DNA of 64,000 nucleotides from Octopus sinensis (Eukaryota): positions 30,380,001 through 30,444,000 of the forward strand of contig NC_043014.1 of NCBI RefSeq assembly GCF_006345805.1. Reading direction: 5' to 3'. The notes under the pieces are model-generated. The model searched no databases. It was not told where the DNA came from and saw nothing but the letters and a program-made list of their open reading frames with translations. Below are positions 37,254 to 50,270 of this stretch, piece by piece. Every line of letters starts with the position of its first letter. The first letter of the stretch is position 1. Position numbers and translations under genes: made by a program.

Positions 37254-38782
37254 GATATAGTATTTGCTAGTTGGATTGTTGGTTTTGCGAGTAACACACG
37301 CGGTTTTTTTTTTCTGTCTTAGCGGTGCGACGTTTTCCCTCTTGTTTAATGGAGGGATGTCGGGTGAGAAGTTGCGAAAATTTGAATTATTCTTCTTCAG
37401 ATTGTGAACTATCCTTCTTCAAACTTTGTGTCGTCTGAGGAAGAAATGGTGGAGTGTTTGAAGAGGATTGATGAAGCAATGGAGACGAAAAATTATGCAG
37501 AGGCGACGAAGGAAAGAAGCGAAGACATGAGGCTGGAGGATATAAGCAAATTCAAGGAACTGATTAAAAGGGAGGAGAAAGAAGTGAAGATGTTCCCCAC
37601 CAAAGAAGTGTTAAAAGAGAAAAATGAGAAAACCATAATTTACAGAACATACTTGATGGCAGCCAGGAAGATTGAAGCCATGACGACGGCTCAAGTAGAA
37701 AAGGTTCTTAAACCAATCTGGCAAGAACTTTCCTACCTATCCAGAAGAACAAAATTTGGAACAGTGGAAGTGCGGTTTCGGGAGGCAGCTACTGCCAAGC
37801 TGCACTCAGCAACACATTTGAGAACTGATGAAGTGGTGCTTCTACCCGTATACCTTGGGAGACGTGCCTCCAGGGTTAGGGTAGAATACATACCCCCAGA
37901 AGTGGATGCAGCCTGTCTGGTAGCTGTCATACTGCTAGGCATGGAGGAGAAGGTGGTGGTCCTTCAGGCCACCAGAACACCCCACAGGAACTGGCAAGGA
38001 CAAAGCCTCGATATGGTGGTACAAGTTGCCGTGGAAGATATCGAAAATATGGTAGTGACAATGACGGTCGGAGACGCAACACTGAAAGTGAGAGTGGAAG
38101 GAAGGATTCCGCGGTACTATAAATGTGGCCTACAAGGCCATATTAGAGCGGATTGTCCTCCACCACCATGAAGGCGAAGGAGAGACAAGAGGATGAGAAA
38201 GTAGTGGCTAGTGCTCCACTACCCGTGGAGGTTGAGGAAAAGGAGAGTGAAGCGGCACCACGGATAAAGACCAGTACCAGCGTCGAAGAAGAGGAGATGG
38301 ACAACGAATGGGAAAAAGAGAAGAGAAAAAAGGCATACGCTGTAAAGGACGACCCCCATCCCATACCCACCAAGCGCCCAACCACTCCCTACAGCCCCCT
38401 CCATGCCCTACCTGACATAAACACAAGCACAAACACACAGGGACCCCAGATTTCCCCGCCCTAGCCCTTGGAAAAATATGTTATAATGTACAGTGGACAC
38501 AATGAAATAGACTCCTAGGACAGTGTTATAAAAGTGGATGTATCAGGAGTGAAAGGGTTGCCCGAGTACCTTCGTTGTGCAGTGGCAGACCCAGCATATA
38601 TATATCATGAGGAAAACCATGACTGTGAGTGCTGGGTCAAGAAATTGGACACCAGCTCAATACCTAAGCAAGTAAGTGTTTATGATATTTTAAAGAAGCA
38701 CAATGTAAACATCCTTCGGGGGAATAATCAGCTGTCGCTAATAATTGTGTTATAAACTAGGTTTAAAAAACAAAAAAAAAAA
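37254..38782 (+). mobile_element. ORF1/gag-only poly(A)-tailed retroelement
   Basis: 5' leader, gag-like ORF with a zinc knuckle, an A-rich tail at 38765-38782, and no EN/RT sequence. No TSD found. Confidence 0.6.
37404..38755 (+). pseudogene. gag-like/ORF1 nucleic-acid-binding protein with degenerate CCHC knuckle (YYKCGLQGHIRADC)
   Basis: 255 aa ORF, then a frameshift near 38168. ORFs 38153 and 38534 share one frame and are broken by two TAG codons. The first knuckle Cys reads Tyr (TAC). Confidence 0.7.
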
Positions 38783-40097
38783 CCTTGTATTAACAGGTTC
38801 AATGAAGTCGCTCGGAGGCGGGACCGAACGGCTTCATTTCATCTTTCATTATATTTAATTCATCCATTCCATTGGTTTTTTTTTTTTGTCCCCACCTTGT
38901 GAGTGGATTGAGAGTAGGACAGAAGTCCCCTAGGACAAAAGCCTCTCGGACAAAAACCCCATAGTTAAAGTGTGAAAGTGGACAAATTCCTCTCGGACGA
39001 AAGCCCCACGGTTATATTTTCGATTATGTTGGGGGTTCCCCCCCCTTTCATTTGTTTCATGTGGCCATGTTTCATGTGGCCATGCTGGGGCACCGCTTTG
39101 AAGAATTTTTAATTGAACACATCGACGCCAGAATATTTTTTTTAATTTTTACTTGTTGCAGTTATTAGACTGCGGCCATGCTGGGGCACCACCATGCAGA
39201 ATTTTTAGTCGCGAAAAACCAGCATTTTAATATTTAAAGTCTTTTGTGTTCTTCTCTCAGCACTCACAGATTAGTAAGAATGAGCTGACCTTTTGAACTT
39301 TCTCCGGCCGTTGAAGGTCTAACAGAATTATGGCGCCGAAGGCTAGTCATTCAAACGTACTTCTTATCGTTTTTATGTTTCTACATATTTCTTGAAGTAA
39401 ATGCTTTCCCTTTTGTTAGAATTCAGATATGTACATTGAGTAGTAAAGAGTCTTGTGTTCTGTTATTCTATTCTACTTATTTATTTTCGATTGAATATAT
39501 TTTGCTTACTTAAAAATTGGAACTTTGGAAAATAAAAGTTTTTCTTTTACAACCGTGATTTTCGTTTTTGTTTACGTGAAATTATTTAAAAACATTTTTT
39601 AAGATTTGGCTGTTATTTCTAGCATGTGGAGAGATATTCTAGGCTTAACTTCATGTACTGGTTGAAAATCACCTAAAAGAGATTCTGGGGTAAATGCATT
39701 CGATTAAAAATTCCTCAAGGCGGTGCCCCAGCATGGCCGCAGTCCAATGACTGAAACAAGTAAAAAGATTTCTAGAAAAAAAAAAACAAATTGAAGGAAA
39801 ACCAAAAAATATAACCGAGGAGGTTATAAAAAATTTTTCAAGAGATTTGGCTGTTATTTCTAGTATGTGGAGATACTTTCTAGGCATAACTTCATGCGGA
39901 GGTTGAAAATCATTAAAACAATTCTGGGGTCGATACATTCGACTAAAAATTCCTTAAGGTGGTGCCCCAGCATGGCCATTCTAATGACTGCAACAAGCAA
40001 AAAGAAAAGAAAAAACAAAAAATAATCGAAAAATATAACTGTGGGGCTTTTGTCCGGATCCCGAGTGGATTTCGTAGACAGAACCTGAAAGAAGCCA

Positions 40098-40152
<55 letters not shown>

Positions 40153-41009
40153 ATGACAACCAACGTCCAGTAACTTAGTGGTTCGGCAAAGAGTCTGATA
40201 GAATAAATACCAGGCTTTAAAATAAGTGCTGGGGTCGATTTGTTCGTCTAAAAATTCTTCAAAGTGGTTCCTCAGCATATTTGCAGTCTAATAAGGGAAA
40301 CAAGTAAAAGATAAAAGATAACCTGAATTGCATTCTGCAAAATCTCAAGGCACCTTATATACTGTTACTGACAACTGAAATCCAATGATAGAGTTATTGT
40401 TGTTTTCTTAGAAACCAGTTCTTTCTTATCGGTAAATTTCAAAGAATTAAGCAAAAAACGTTTCAGGAATGTCACAAAGTGCTTGTAGTTCTTAACGTTT
40501 TGGGTTCAAATTCCGCCACATCTTTATAGAGGGGACTCGATAAAACAGCATAAGATACAAGACAAGTACTGGAGTTGATTTCTATAAAACATTTTAAATG
40601 TGAGTGGAACTGTAATACTACAAATAGACCATACATAGTGAACAACAGAAAGCGCACGAAAGCAAGAGCCCCCGATAACTCTTTCCTTCGTTTCGCCCAA
40701 CACATTCTGCGTTTTAATAGTTTCAGCCATTAGCGTAAAACACGTTGAGATTTGTATTCTTAGAAGGGAGATAACTTTAACGTTGCTATGGCATATCTAT
40801 TATTGTCGCATTGCCATGAACTGCTTTGTATATGGAATCCAGAGAAATGTATTTTGTTTTCAAATGAAATCCACAGTAAATCGATATTATATGTCTGTGT
40901 ATGTGCGCGCACATACGCACACGCTCACACACATACATGCTCACGATTATACTTTTCGCACTATTCATTTTTAAAGATGAAATTTTTTTTTTTTCTACTC
41001 TAAACACAA

Positions 41010-42740
41010 GGGCCGAAATTTTGGGAGAAGGTGCCAGTCGATTAGATCGATCCAGTACGCAACTGGTACTTAATTTATCGACCCCGAAAGGATGAAAGGC
41101 TTAGCGGTATTTCGTTCGTCTTTAGTTCTGAATTCAAATTCTGCCGAGGGTGAATTTGCCTTTCACCCTTTCGAAGTCGAAGAAATAAGTATGAGCTGGC
41201 ACTGGTGTCGATGTAATCAACTAGCCCCCTCCTCCGAAATTGCTGGCCCTGTGCCAAAATTCGAAACCAATATTTATGTCTATGTTAAGGCAGCGAGTTT
41301 ACAGAATCGTTAGCACGCCGGGTGAAATGCTTAGCGGTATTTCGTCTGTCGTTACGTTGTGAGTTCAAATTCCGCCGAGGTCGACTTTGCCTTTCATCCT
41401 TTCGGGGTCGATAAATTAAGTACCAGTTACGCACTGGGGTCAATATAATCGACTTAATACCTATGTCTGTCCTTGTTTGTCCCCTCTATGTTTAGCCCCT
41501 TGTGGGTAATAAAGAAATAGGTATTTCGTCTGCCGTTACGTTCTGAGTTCAAATACCTATTTCTTTATTACCCACAAGGGGCTAAACACAGAGGGGACAA
41601 ACAAGGACAGACATAGGTATTAAGACGATTACTTCGATCCCAGTGAATAACTGGTACTTAATTTATCGACCCCGAAGGATGAAAGGCAAAGTCGACCTCG
41701 GCGGAATTTGAACTCACAACGTAACGCAGACGAAATACCGCTAAGCACCTCGCCCGGCGTGCTAACGATTCTGCCAGCTCGCCGCCTTCGCCGAGGTCGA
41801 CTTTGCCTTTCATCCTTTCGGGGTCGATAAATTAAGTACCAGTTACGCACTGGGGATCGATGTAATCGACTTAATACCTATATCTGTTCTTGTTTGTCCA
41901 CTCTATGTTTAGCCCCTTGTGGGTAATAAAGAAATAGGTATTTCGTCTGCCGCTACGTTCTGCGTTGATTAAATAAGTATTAGTTACGCACTGGGATCGA
42001 TATAATCGACTTAATCCGTTTGTCTGTCCTTGTTTGTCCTCTCTGTGTTTAGCCCCTTGTGGGTAGTAACGAAATAGGTATTTCCTGTCTTCACGTTCTA
42101 TGTTCAAATTCCACCGACGTCGATGTTGCCTTTCATCTTTTCGGAGTCGACAAAATAAGTTCCAGTTCATCACTGGAGGTCGATGTAATTGATTTACCCA
42201 CTCCCTAAAATTGCTGGCCTTGTGCCAAAATTTGAAATCAATATTTATGTCTGCGGTATATTTCGTTTGGCATGATCAGTCGACCGGTGATCAAAATGGG
42301 GTGTAGATATATTAAGACAATTTTTATCAATAAAAACGAGGTTAGTAATCATCAAAATTATAACTGTATTAACGAAATATAATAACTATTCTAAGGTATT
42401 TAGACATTTAGTATATAGACTTTCTTATGAATGCGGCGAGCTGGCAAAAACGGTATTTCGTCTGCCGCTACGTTCTGAGTTCAAATTCCGCTGATGTCGA
42501 CTTCGCCTTTCATCCTTTCGGGGTCGATTAAATAAGTACCAGTTATGCACTGGGATCGATGTAATCGACTTAATCCGTTTGTCTGTCCTTGTTTGTCCCT
42601 TCTGTGTTTAACCCCTTGTGGGTAGTAAAGAAATAAGTATTTCGTCTGCCTTTACGTTCTGAGTTCAAATTCCGCCGAGGTCGACTTTGTCTTTCGGGGT
42701 CGATAAATTAAGTACCAGTTGTATATTGAGGGAGGGTCGA
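41010..42740. mobile_element. Cluster of SINE family C copies in tandem and inverted orientation. Single copies also at ~1920, 3720(-), 12770, 24380, 35390(-), 43990, 45110, 53650(-), 60570(-)
   Basis: Repeated gagttcaaattccgccgaggtcgactttgcctttcatcctttcggggtcgataaattaagtaccag core with a tggcagaatcgtt A-box-like head. Confidence 0.85.
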
Positions 42741-44699
42741 TCTAATCGAAGTGAAGTCCTTCTTGAGTGACACATTTTCCCATTCAAGACAACACAGAGT
42801 TACAGATAGTATTTATGAAATTTTGAATTACTGTCGGATGGACTTTTGGCCAACCCTGTATATACATGTGGTAAGGAGCTTGCTTCCCAAGCACTTTGGG
42901 TCATCCAAAGCCTTGTGAATTACTTTGGCAGAAGGAAACTGAAAGAAGCCTGTTGTGGGTGTTTGCCCCACCACCACCACCACCTCACAACTGGTGATGG
43001 TGTATTTAACTTAACAGTTTGGCAAAAGAGGACAATAGTATAAGTAGCTGGCTTTAAAAAAAATAGGTACTGAAAACAATTCATTCCCCTAAAAATTCAA
43101 GGTAGTGCCCCAGCATGGCCACAGTTTGACTCAAACAAGTAAAAGATAAAAGATATCATCATCATCATTTAGCATCCATGTTCCAAGCAGGCATGGGTTA
43201 GACTTTTACCTGTGGACCCCTTTGATTTCTATTTCACTCAACTGAACTCCCACAGCCATTTGAAGTTTTTAAAAAATCCCATTATATTTTTATTCTTAAA
43301 TATTATTAGGAATTGTAGAAAAAAAAAACTGTTAAAATATTTTATGCATTGTAAATTCATGCTATCAGCACTAATGTGACTGTCATGCAGTTTGCAAGAC
43401 TACAAACCCTGAGGAGACAACTTCATGCAAGGAGACGAAGGGCAAAAGATGAGTAAAACTATAAGAGAAGGGCCAGAGCAGAACTGGTTTATTGTTATAG
43501 GACATGCCTGTCACTAAGGGGGTGCACTGGATGGTACTGCTCCCACACTATTCAATGGTGCATGCTCAGATTTAGAAAATACAGATTACAAAAATCTTCC
43601 CACAATATAAATTAGTGCCCACCCAGAATATTCTGAAGCATCTCCAGGCATCAAAGTCTGGTGATGGGCCTGCTGTAGAGGAGTTCCATGACTACTCACA
43701 TTTTAAAAGAGAAGGTGGAAGTGATCGAGCAGGGCCAGAGTTTCTAGGCAAAGGAAAAGAGTGACAGTGCTGCATAGCAGAAAAGTAATGCTGAAACAGT
43801 AGACAGGAGAAGTATAAGGGAGATATGATTTTAGGTAGGTTGCAGAAGTGGTTGGAGAAGAGAGAAGCAGTATAACCACAGTCCAACGACTGAGATCTGT
43901 AAAAGAAAGTGTGCAGAACTTATTACTGAATGTTGTGCTGACATTTTTCCTGTTCACAGTCCAAATGTACACTAGTGTTGACACCAAATGTGGCACTCTA
44001 CCTGAATAATTAGCACACCAGATAAAATGTTTAACAGCATTTCTTCTAGCTTTACATTCTCAGTTCAAATTCTGCTGAGGTCAGCTTTACCTTTCATCCT
44101 TTCAAAGTTGATCAAATATGTACCAGTTGTGCACTGAGGCTGATGTAAACAACTTACCCCCTCTCCTGAAATTGCTGGCCTGCTACCAAAATTTGAAAAT
44201 CGAATCAAATCAAATCAAATCGAACCAAATCAAAATAGATGAACATCAATGGAATTTGTATCCTTGTGGTACCAGTGCCGGTGGCACATAAGAAAACCAT
44301 CCGAACGTGACCGTAGCCAGTACCGCAACGACTGGCCTCCGTGCTGAGGGCACGTAACAAACACCATCCGAGCGTGGCCGTCCGCCAGCCCCGTCTGGCA
44401 CCTGTGTCGGTGACACATAAGAAAACACCATCCGAGCGTGGCCGTCAGCCAGCCTCGTCTGGCACCTGTGTCGGTGGCACATAAAAAACACCATCCGAGC
44501 GTGGCCGTCTGCCAGCCTCGTCTGGCACCTGTGTCGGTGGCACATAAAATCACCCACTACACTCTTGGAATGGTTGGCGTTAGGAAGGGCATCCAGCTGT
44601 AGAAACACTGCCAGATCTGACTGGCCTGGTGCAGCCTTCGGGCTTGCCAGACCCCAGTTGAACCGTCCAACCCATGCTAGCATGGAAAGCGGACGTTAA

Positions 44700-44730
<31 letters not shown>

Positions 44731-45466
44731 CTTTTTATCTCATGCTTTATTGTGACTCCGAGAGTCTTGTATGCATAGCAGGCTTGCTGCCTGCAGCCTA
44801 TGGTGCCACGCTATCTGTTCTTTTCAACTATCTGATACTTTCCTTTTGTAACAGTTCTATTGGGTACTATATTCCAATTTCCTCTATATTCCTATTGATG
44901 CTTTCTGATACTGTTCCCAAGGACCCAACAATAATTGGCACTGTCTTCACCTTCTTCATTTGCCATAGCCAGGCTATTTCATATATAAGAGGATTGCATA
45001 TATTTATTTTTTTGCCATCCTTCTTGACTAGTCAAGGGTTAAAGGGGTACACAAATCAACTATATAGCACATGTAGTGCATCTTCTCTACCACTACTAGG
45101 TCCATGATGAAGGCAGCAAACTGACAGAATTGTTAGCCTGCTGGACAAGATGCTTAGTGACATTTCATCCTTCTTTATGTTCTGAGTTCAAAATCTACTG
45201 ACACTGAGTTTGCCTTTCATCTTTTCAAGGTTGATAAATTAAGTACCAGTGAATCACTGGGTGGTCAATGTCATCAACTAGTCCCCTCCACCAAAATTTC
45301 AGGCCTTGTGCCTTTAGTGGAAAGAATTATTATTCTTACCATTATCATCATCCTCACCAGTCAACTATCTAAATGATTAACAAGTCTGATGACTCTTCAA
45401 TAATGGAATGCAAGGTTTACGATATTGGAAAAATATCATCTCCTTCCATCATCTTTTTGTTCTTCA

Positions 45467-45870
45467 TGTAATTCAGGCTTTCAGCAGGCAAAGAGAGAAA
45501 GCTTCAAGTACAAACGCTATTTTACAACTGGTTTATTTACAGGATTCATAGGATAGGCGTAGTGTGCTGCTCTCAGCTACCATCTTTAGCTGTGTGTATG
45601 TAGCTCCATTGGTGTGGGTGCATTGCCTATGGAGATAGACAGGCAGAAAGCCTCAGTCAATGGTGGTGTTCAGCCAGTGCTGCTGTGAGGTGGCACCAAA
45701 AAGAGAGAGATTTGAATCGGATTTCCCCTTTATATAGTTTTCATCGCGAGCCTCGTTGTGATCTCACGCATGGCAAATGGATGCAGGTGAGGTCTCGCTC
45801 CAGTCTCAGAGATGGCAATGGCTACTGTGAGATCTCATCCAATATGGCGCTGGCTGCCCACGCTGCTACA
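45467..45870 (-). mobile_element. Probable solo LTR (~400 bp)
   Basis: TGTA...TACA termini. Minus-strand TATATAAA box at ~45730 and AATAAA at ~45535. More GC-rich than its flanks. No clear TSD. Confidence 0.45.
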
Positions 45871-46024
45871 ACTCCTTCAAATAAATTCTAATTATATTGG
45901 GGGGATGGATACATTTCAGCTGTACTCAATCTACAAATTTTGTGACTTTAAACCTATATAAGAAAATATTTTGTACTTTTGTTGGTTTTTTTAATATAAT
46001 GAAAGCAGCAGCAGCGGCAGTAGC

Positions 46025-46062
<38 letters not shown>

Positions 46063-46745
46063 CAGCAGCAGCAGCAGTAGTAGTCAGTCAATTAGTGAAA
46101 GCATAAATAACTTTGTTGTTAAAAATCAAACATTTCATTTGCCAAGCAAACCTCTTTTATGTTTCTCTAATCTCTAGAGAATGTCAAGAGCCCAAAGAAG
46201 TAGATTTTCTATTCTTCACAGCTATTAATTATGTATGATATTCCATGACCTCTCTTTCCCATTTATTGTTGCTGACATAGACCCTTGGTGGCACTTCTCG
46301 GATTCTGGAATTTAGCCCAATATGTGGTTGGTTTAGTAAGTACCCAAAGTAACATTGAAATAATCTCCTGACATTATTTATTTTCCATAGTAGAAATAGC
46401 TGATTATGTATAAGGGTAAATATTTAAAAAAAGACAGACAGAAAGAGAAAATGAAATAAGCTGAACAAGAAGAGACATGTAACGTAGAATAAAGAGTCAC
46501 TGAAGAGGGCACAGAAGGTGTGACAAAAGAACTTTGACAAAGAAGCTAGAATAAAGATAATAAAGCTGAAGTCAAGACCAAATATGTAGAATATGTGTTT
46601 AACTGGCAAAATATGACCATACCCAAATATAACAATACCTGTTTCAACATATAATTTCACATCAAGAAACTTGCAAAACAAATCCATAAATGTAATAAAA
46701 AAAATTGACTCGCTGTTTATTTTCAACTGACTATTTTACAGATGT

Positions 46746-47037
46746 GGAGGCACATAGCCTAGTGGTTAGAGCAGTGGACTCACAGTCGAGGGATTGTGGG
46801 TTCGAATCTCTGACCGGGCAATGTGTGTGTTTATGAGCGAAGCACCTAAGCTCCATGCAGTTCCGGCAGAAGGTAATGGCAAACTTCTGCTGACTCTTTC
46901 GCCACAACTTTCTCTCACTCTTTCCTCCTGCATCTTGCTGTTCACCTGCGACGGACTGGCATCCTGTCCAGGTGGGGAACCTATATGCCAAGGAAACCAG
47001 CCCTTATGAGCCAGGCATGGCTCGAGAAGGAACAGAC
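46746..47037 (+). mobile_element. tRNA-headed SINE with V-domain-like core
   Basis: A box tagcctagtggtt and B box gggttcgaatc. cctgcgacggactggcatcctgtccagg resembles the V-SINE conserved domain. Confidence 0.65.
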
Positions 47038-47534
47038 AATTTTACAGATAAATATTGAAGCATTGTAAGGTATTCAGTACTAAAATAAATAAATACAGGG
47101 GCCTGACCAGCTGCTATTGGTATGTGCTGGTCACTGTTGAGATATCAGGTGTTCTTGGACCCTATACTACCAATTTCCTCCACGAAATAGGGATAACTGT
47201 GGCTTGTTGGAAAAATGAGTCCTGTGAGGTAGAGAGGCTGCAGCAGCAGCCATTCTCCATGGCAACACTATCATGATCATTACAGGGGGTGCAGATGAAT
47301 ACACCATTTGTTTTGGGGTATGTGGTCTATCACTCCCTCCCCATCTATCTTCTGCTGCTCTTACCCCTGCTTTTTTTCTTTTCTTTCTTTTCCTTTTTTA
47401 TCCTGTTTCTCTTGTTTCTTTGTATTTAAATTTGTTATAATTTAAAATAAACAATGCTGCCGCTTGATGGATACAGGCAGAAATGTGTTTACAATTTGAG
47501 TGGTTATGAGTAGACATGATGTTGTGAATATTAA

Positions 47535-47583
<49 letters not shown>

Positions 47584-47677
47584 ATGTATGTATGTATGTA
47601 TGTATGTATGTATGTACTCTTTTACTCTTTTACTTGTTTCAGTCATTTGACTGCAGCCATGCTGGAGCACCGCCATT

Positions 47678-47708
<31 letters not shown>

Positions 47709-48475
47709 CACACACACATATATAGCTAGGGAAATTTATTTAGAACATTCTCACTCCGTATAACATAAATATAGTATATGTACATATCTACTCACCGAAT
47801 GTGTGTGGTAGTGGGAGGAGAGAGAGTCATGGAGAGCAGAAGGATAGAAGCAACAGAAGAAAGTGTTAGGGAAGGAAAGAGAGAGAGAGACAGAGAAGCA
47901 AGAGACAGAAATAGACGTCACACAAAAGATATTCCAAGAATATGCTACAAAAGACTAAAACAAAAATAAAGCTTCTGTTCTTCTTCTCCCCTCCACAACT
48001 CTTTCCCTCTCTTTCCACATGATCCATGACCATTCATACCTCTCTCATCCTTTTTCATTTTACCATTGACTTGGTTGATCACATTTCCCTGTGCTTCTGC
48101 ACTTTTCCTACATGGTCTGTTTACTTCAACCTTTGTTCTTCAGGAAAATGTTCTACAGGACATTTTCGTTTTCCTTTGCATATCCCATTTTCAGCTTTTC
48201 TTGCAGCCACATGGCCTTTTTTTTGTTGTTGTTGTATAATTTTATTTTGTTATGTTTGTTTTTGTCTTTGTTCTGTATATTCGTTCCCAGTGTCTTTTCA
48301 CCACAAGAACCACCAAAAGTGAACAATATCAGCATTAAAGGCACAAAATTGTAAGGAACTTTTGGATGTTGACTGATAAGGAATTGGCTATGAATTTTCT
48401 GTTTTTGTGTTTTTGTTAAATTTTTTAAATATTATTTATGTATCGCTACACACTTGTTCTTTTTTTACTCATTTG

Positions 48476-48538
<63 letters not shown>

Positions 48539-48776
48539 GAGTGGTTGGCGTTAGGAAGGGCATCCAGCTGTAGAAACACTGCCAGATAAGACTGGAGCCT
48601 GGTGCAGCCTTCTGGCTTCCCAGATCCCCGGTCGAACCGTCCAACCCATGCTAGCATGGAGAACGGACGTTAAACGACGATGATGATGATGATGATGAAT
48701 AAATATTAGGGAATAAATCCAAATTTACTGGGAAAAAATCAGATTTAGGATTAAATCCAATTTTATAGTAAAATAT

Positions 48777-48895
48777 TATATAATATTAATTCGAGACAAA
48801 ACCACTATTTTATATTAAAAATTTTTATGTATTGATTAAGTCTTTCCTTGTTTGTTTTGCAAAATAGTGGTTTTGTCTCGAATTAATATTATATA
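48777..48895. repeat. 35 bp perfect inverted repeat with 49 nt spacer
   Basis: tatataatattaattcgagacaaaaccactatttt / aaaatagtggttttgtctcgaattaatattatata. Confidence 0.85.
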
Positions 48896-49040
48896 TATAT
48901 ATATATATATGGGTTATAAGAGGTAATGGTGTTATTGAGACCCAAAGGTGTCAGGTAAAGCTGAATAAGTGCTATAGACAGACCATAGTTAAGTTCCAGG
49001 TTCGGTAATTTTGCAAATAAGGGGTTCAACGTTGGTCATA

Positions 49041-49834
49041 TGTCAGCGTGTGTATATAAGAATTTTTTTGCGTAATGAGATAAAAAACCAAGGCTGTGTA
49101 GATATTAGAGCACTTATAGATAGAAGGTCTTATAGTGTTTCCAGGATATTTATTAATTATATCTCTTCATCGGAGACAGTGTGAGAGGATGGTTAAGTAA
49201 TAGCTAACTTAGATAGGATACAAAATAGAGAGTGAGGTGGAGGAAAGAAAATAGATGTGAGATATGTAAGGATATTGAAGTTGTAGATTCATTTTTTTTA
49301 GGCAGAATGATATATATGTAAGATTCCAATACCTTATGAGTAAGATCCAACAGAATTTAAAATGGGTCATTCCAAATATAGAGTTTATACACAATGAAAG
49401 ATTCCAATACCTTATGAGATCCAGCGTGATTTCAACTTGGTCACTGCTGGATCTCACTCATAAGGTATAGGAATCTTACATTGTGTATAAACTCTATATT
49501 TGGAATGACCCATTTTAAATTCTGTTGGATCTTACTCATAAGGTATTGTAATTTTTGCATATATATCATTCTGCCTAAAAAAATTCATCTACAACTTCAA
49601 TATCCTTACATATCTCACATCTATTTTCTTTCCTCCACCTCACTCTCTATTTTGTATCCTATCTAAATTAGCTATTACTTAACCATCCTCTCACACCGTC
49701 TCCGATGAAGGGATATAATTAATAAATATCCTGGAAACACTATAAGACCTTCTATCTATAAGTGCTCTAATATCTACACAGCCTTGGTTTTTTATCTCAT
49801 TACGCAAAAAATTCTTATATATATATATGCTTAC
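49041..49834. repeat. ~790 bp near-perfect palindrome (Penelope-like pseudo-LTR, inverted)
   Basis: 49053-49430 is the reverse complement of 49445-49822. Track ORFs 49209(-) and 49481(+) encode nearly the same peptide. Confidence 0.9.
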
Positions 49835-49879
49835 AATATCTGGTAGAGTAGGATATGGTCTAGTCACCTGCATAGTTAA

Positions 49880-50270
49880 TCAGGTTATTCATGAAGGCGT
49901 AGCATCATAGCCAGCTGCTACAAGGGTAAGAGAAATGCTTCAGAGAGGCAGATTGTATGGTGCATGTGTATGAATAGCAATGCCTCATGGTAATGAGATG
50001 TAGGCCCTGAATGCAAAGGACATGAAAAGTGGAGAGGAATGATGCTGGTATGCTCCACTGGATGTGAAATATCAGTGTACATGTGCATCAGAGCACTAAT
50101 GTTTTGATGGAAAAGTTGGGAATAAGAGGAATTTGATGCAGTGAACAAGTGAGAAGACTGTGCCAGTTTGGCCATGTGATGCTTATGGATGTAGACAGTT
50201 GCATACAGAAGTGCTGATTACTTATAGTGGATGGAACTTGTGGAAGATATGGGACGACGATCCATTGACC
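49880..50270 (+). mobile_element. RTE-type LINE RT C-terminal relic
   Basis: GRLYGACV..HG.E..ALN..ERNDAGMLHWM..EKLGIRGI..RRL..FGHVM..DSC..VDGTCGR, with stops. Confidence 0.7.

Noticed and set aside
46746-46820. tRNA gene
   Set aside because: It has A/B boxes but no complete cloverleaf acceptor stem, and it continues into a SINE body.
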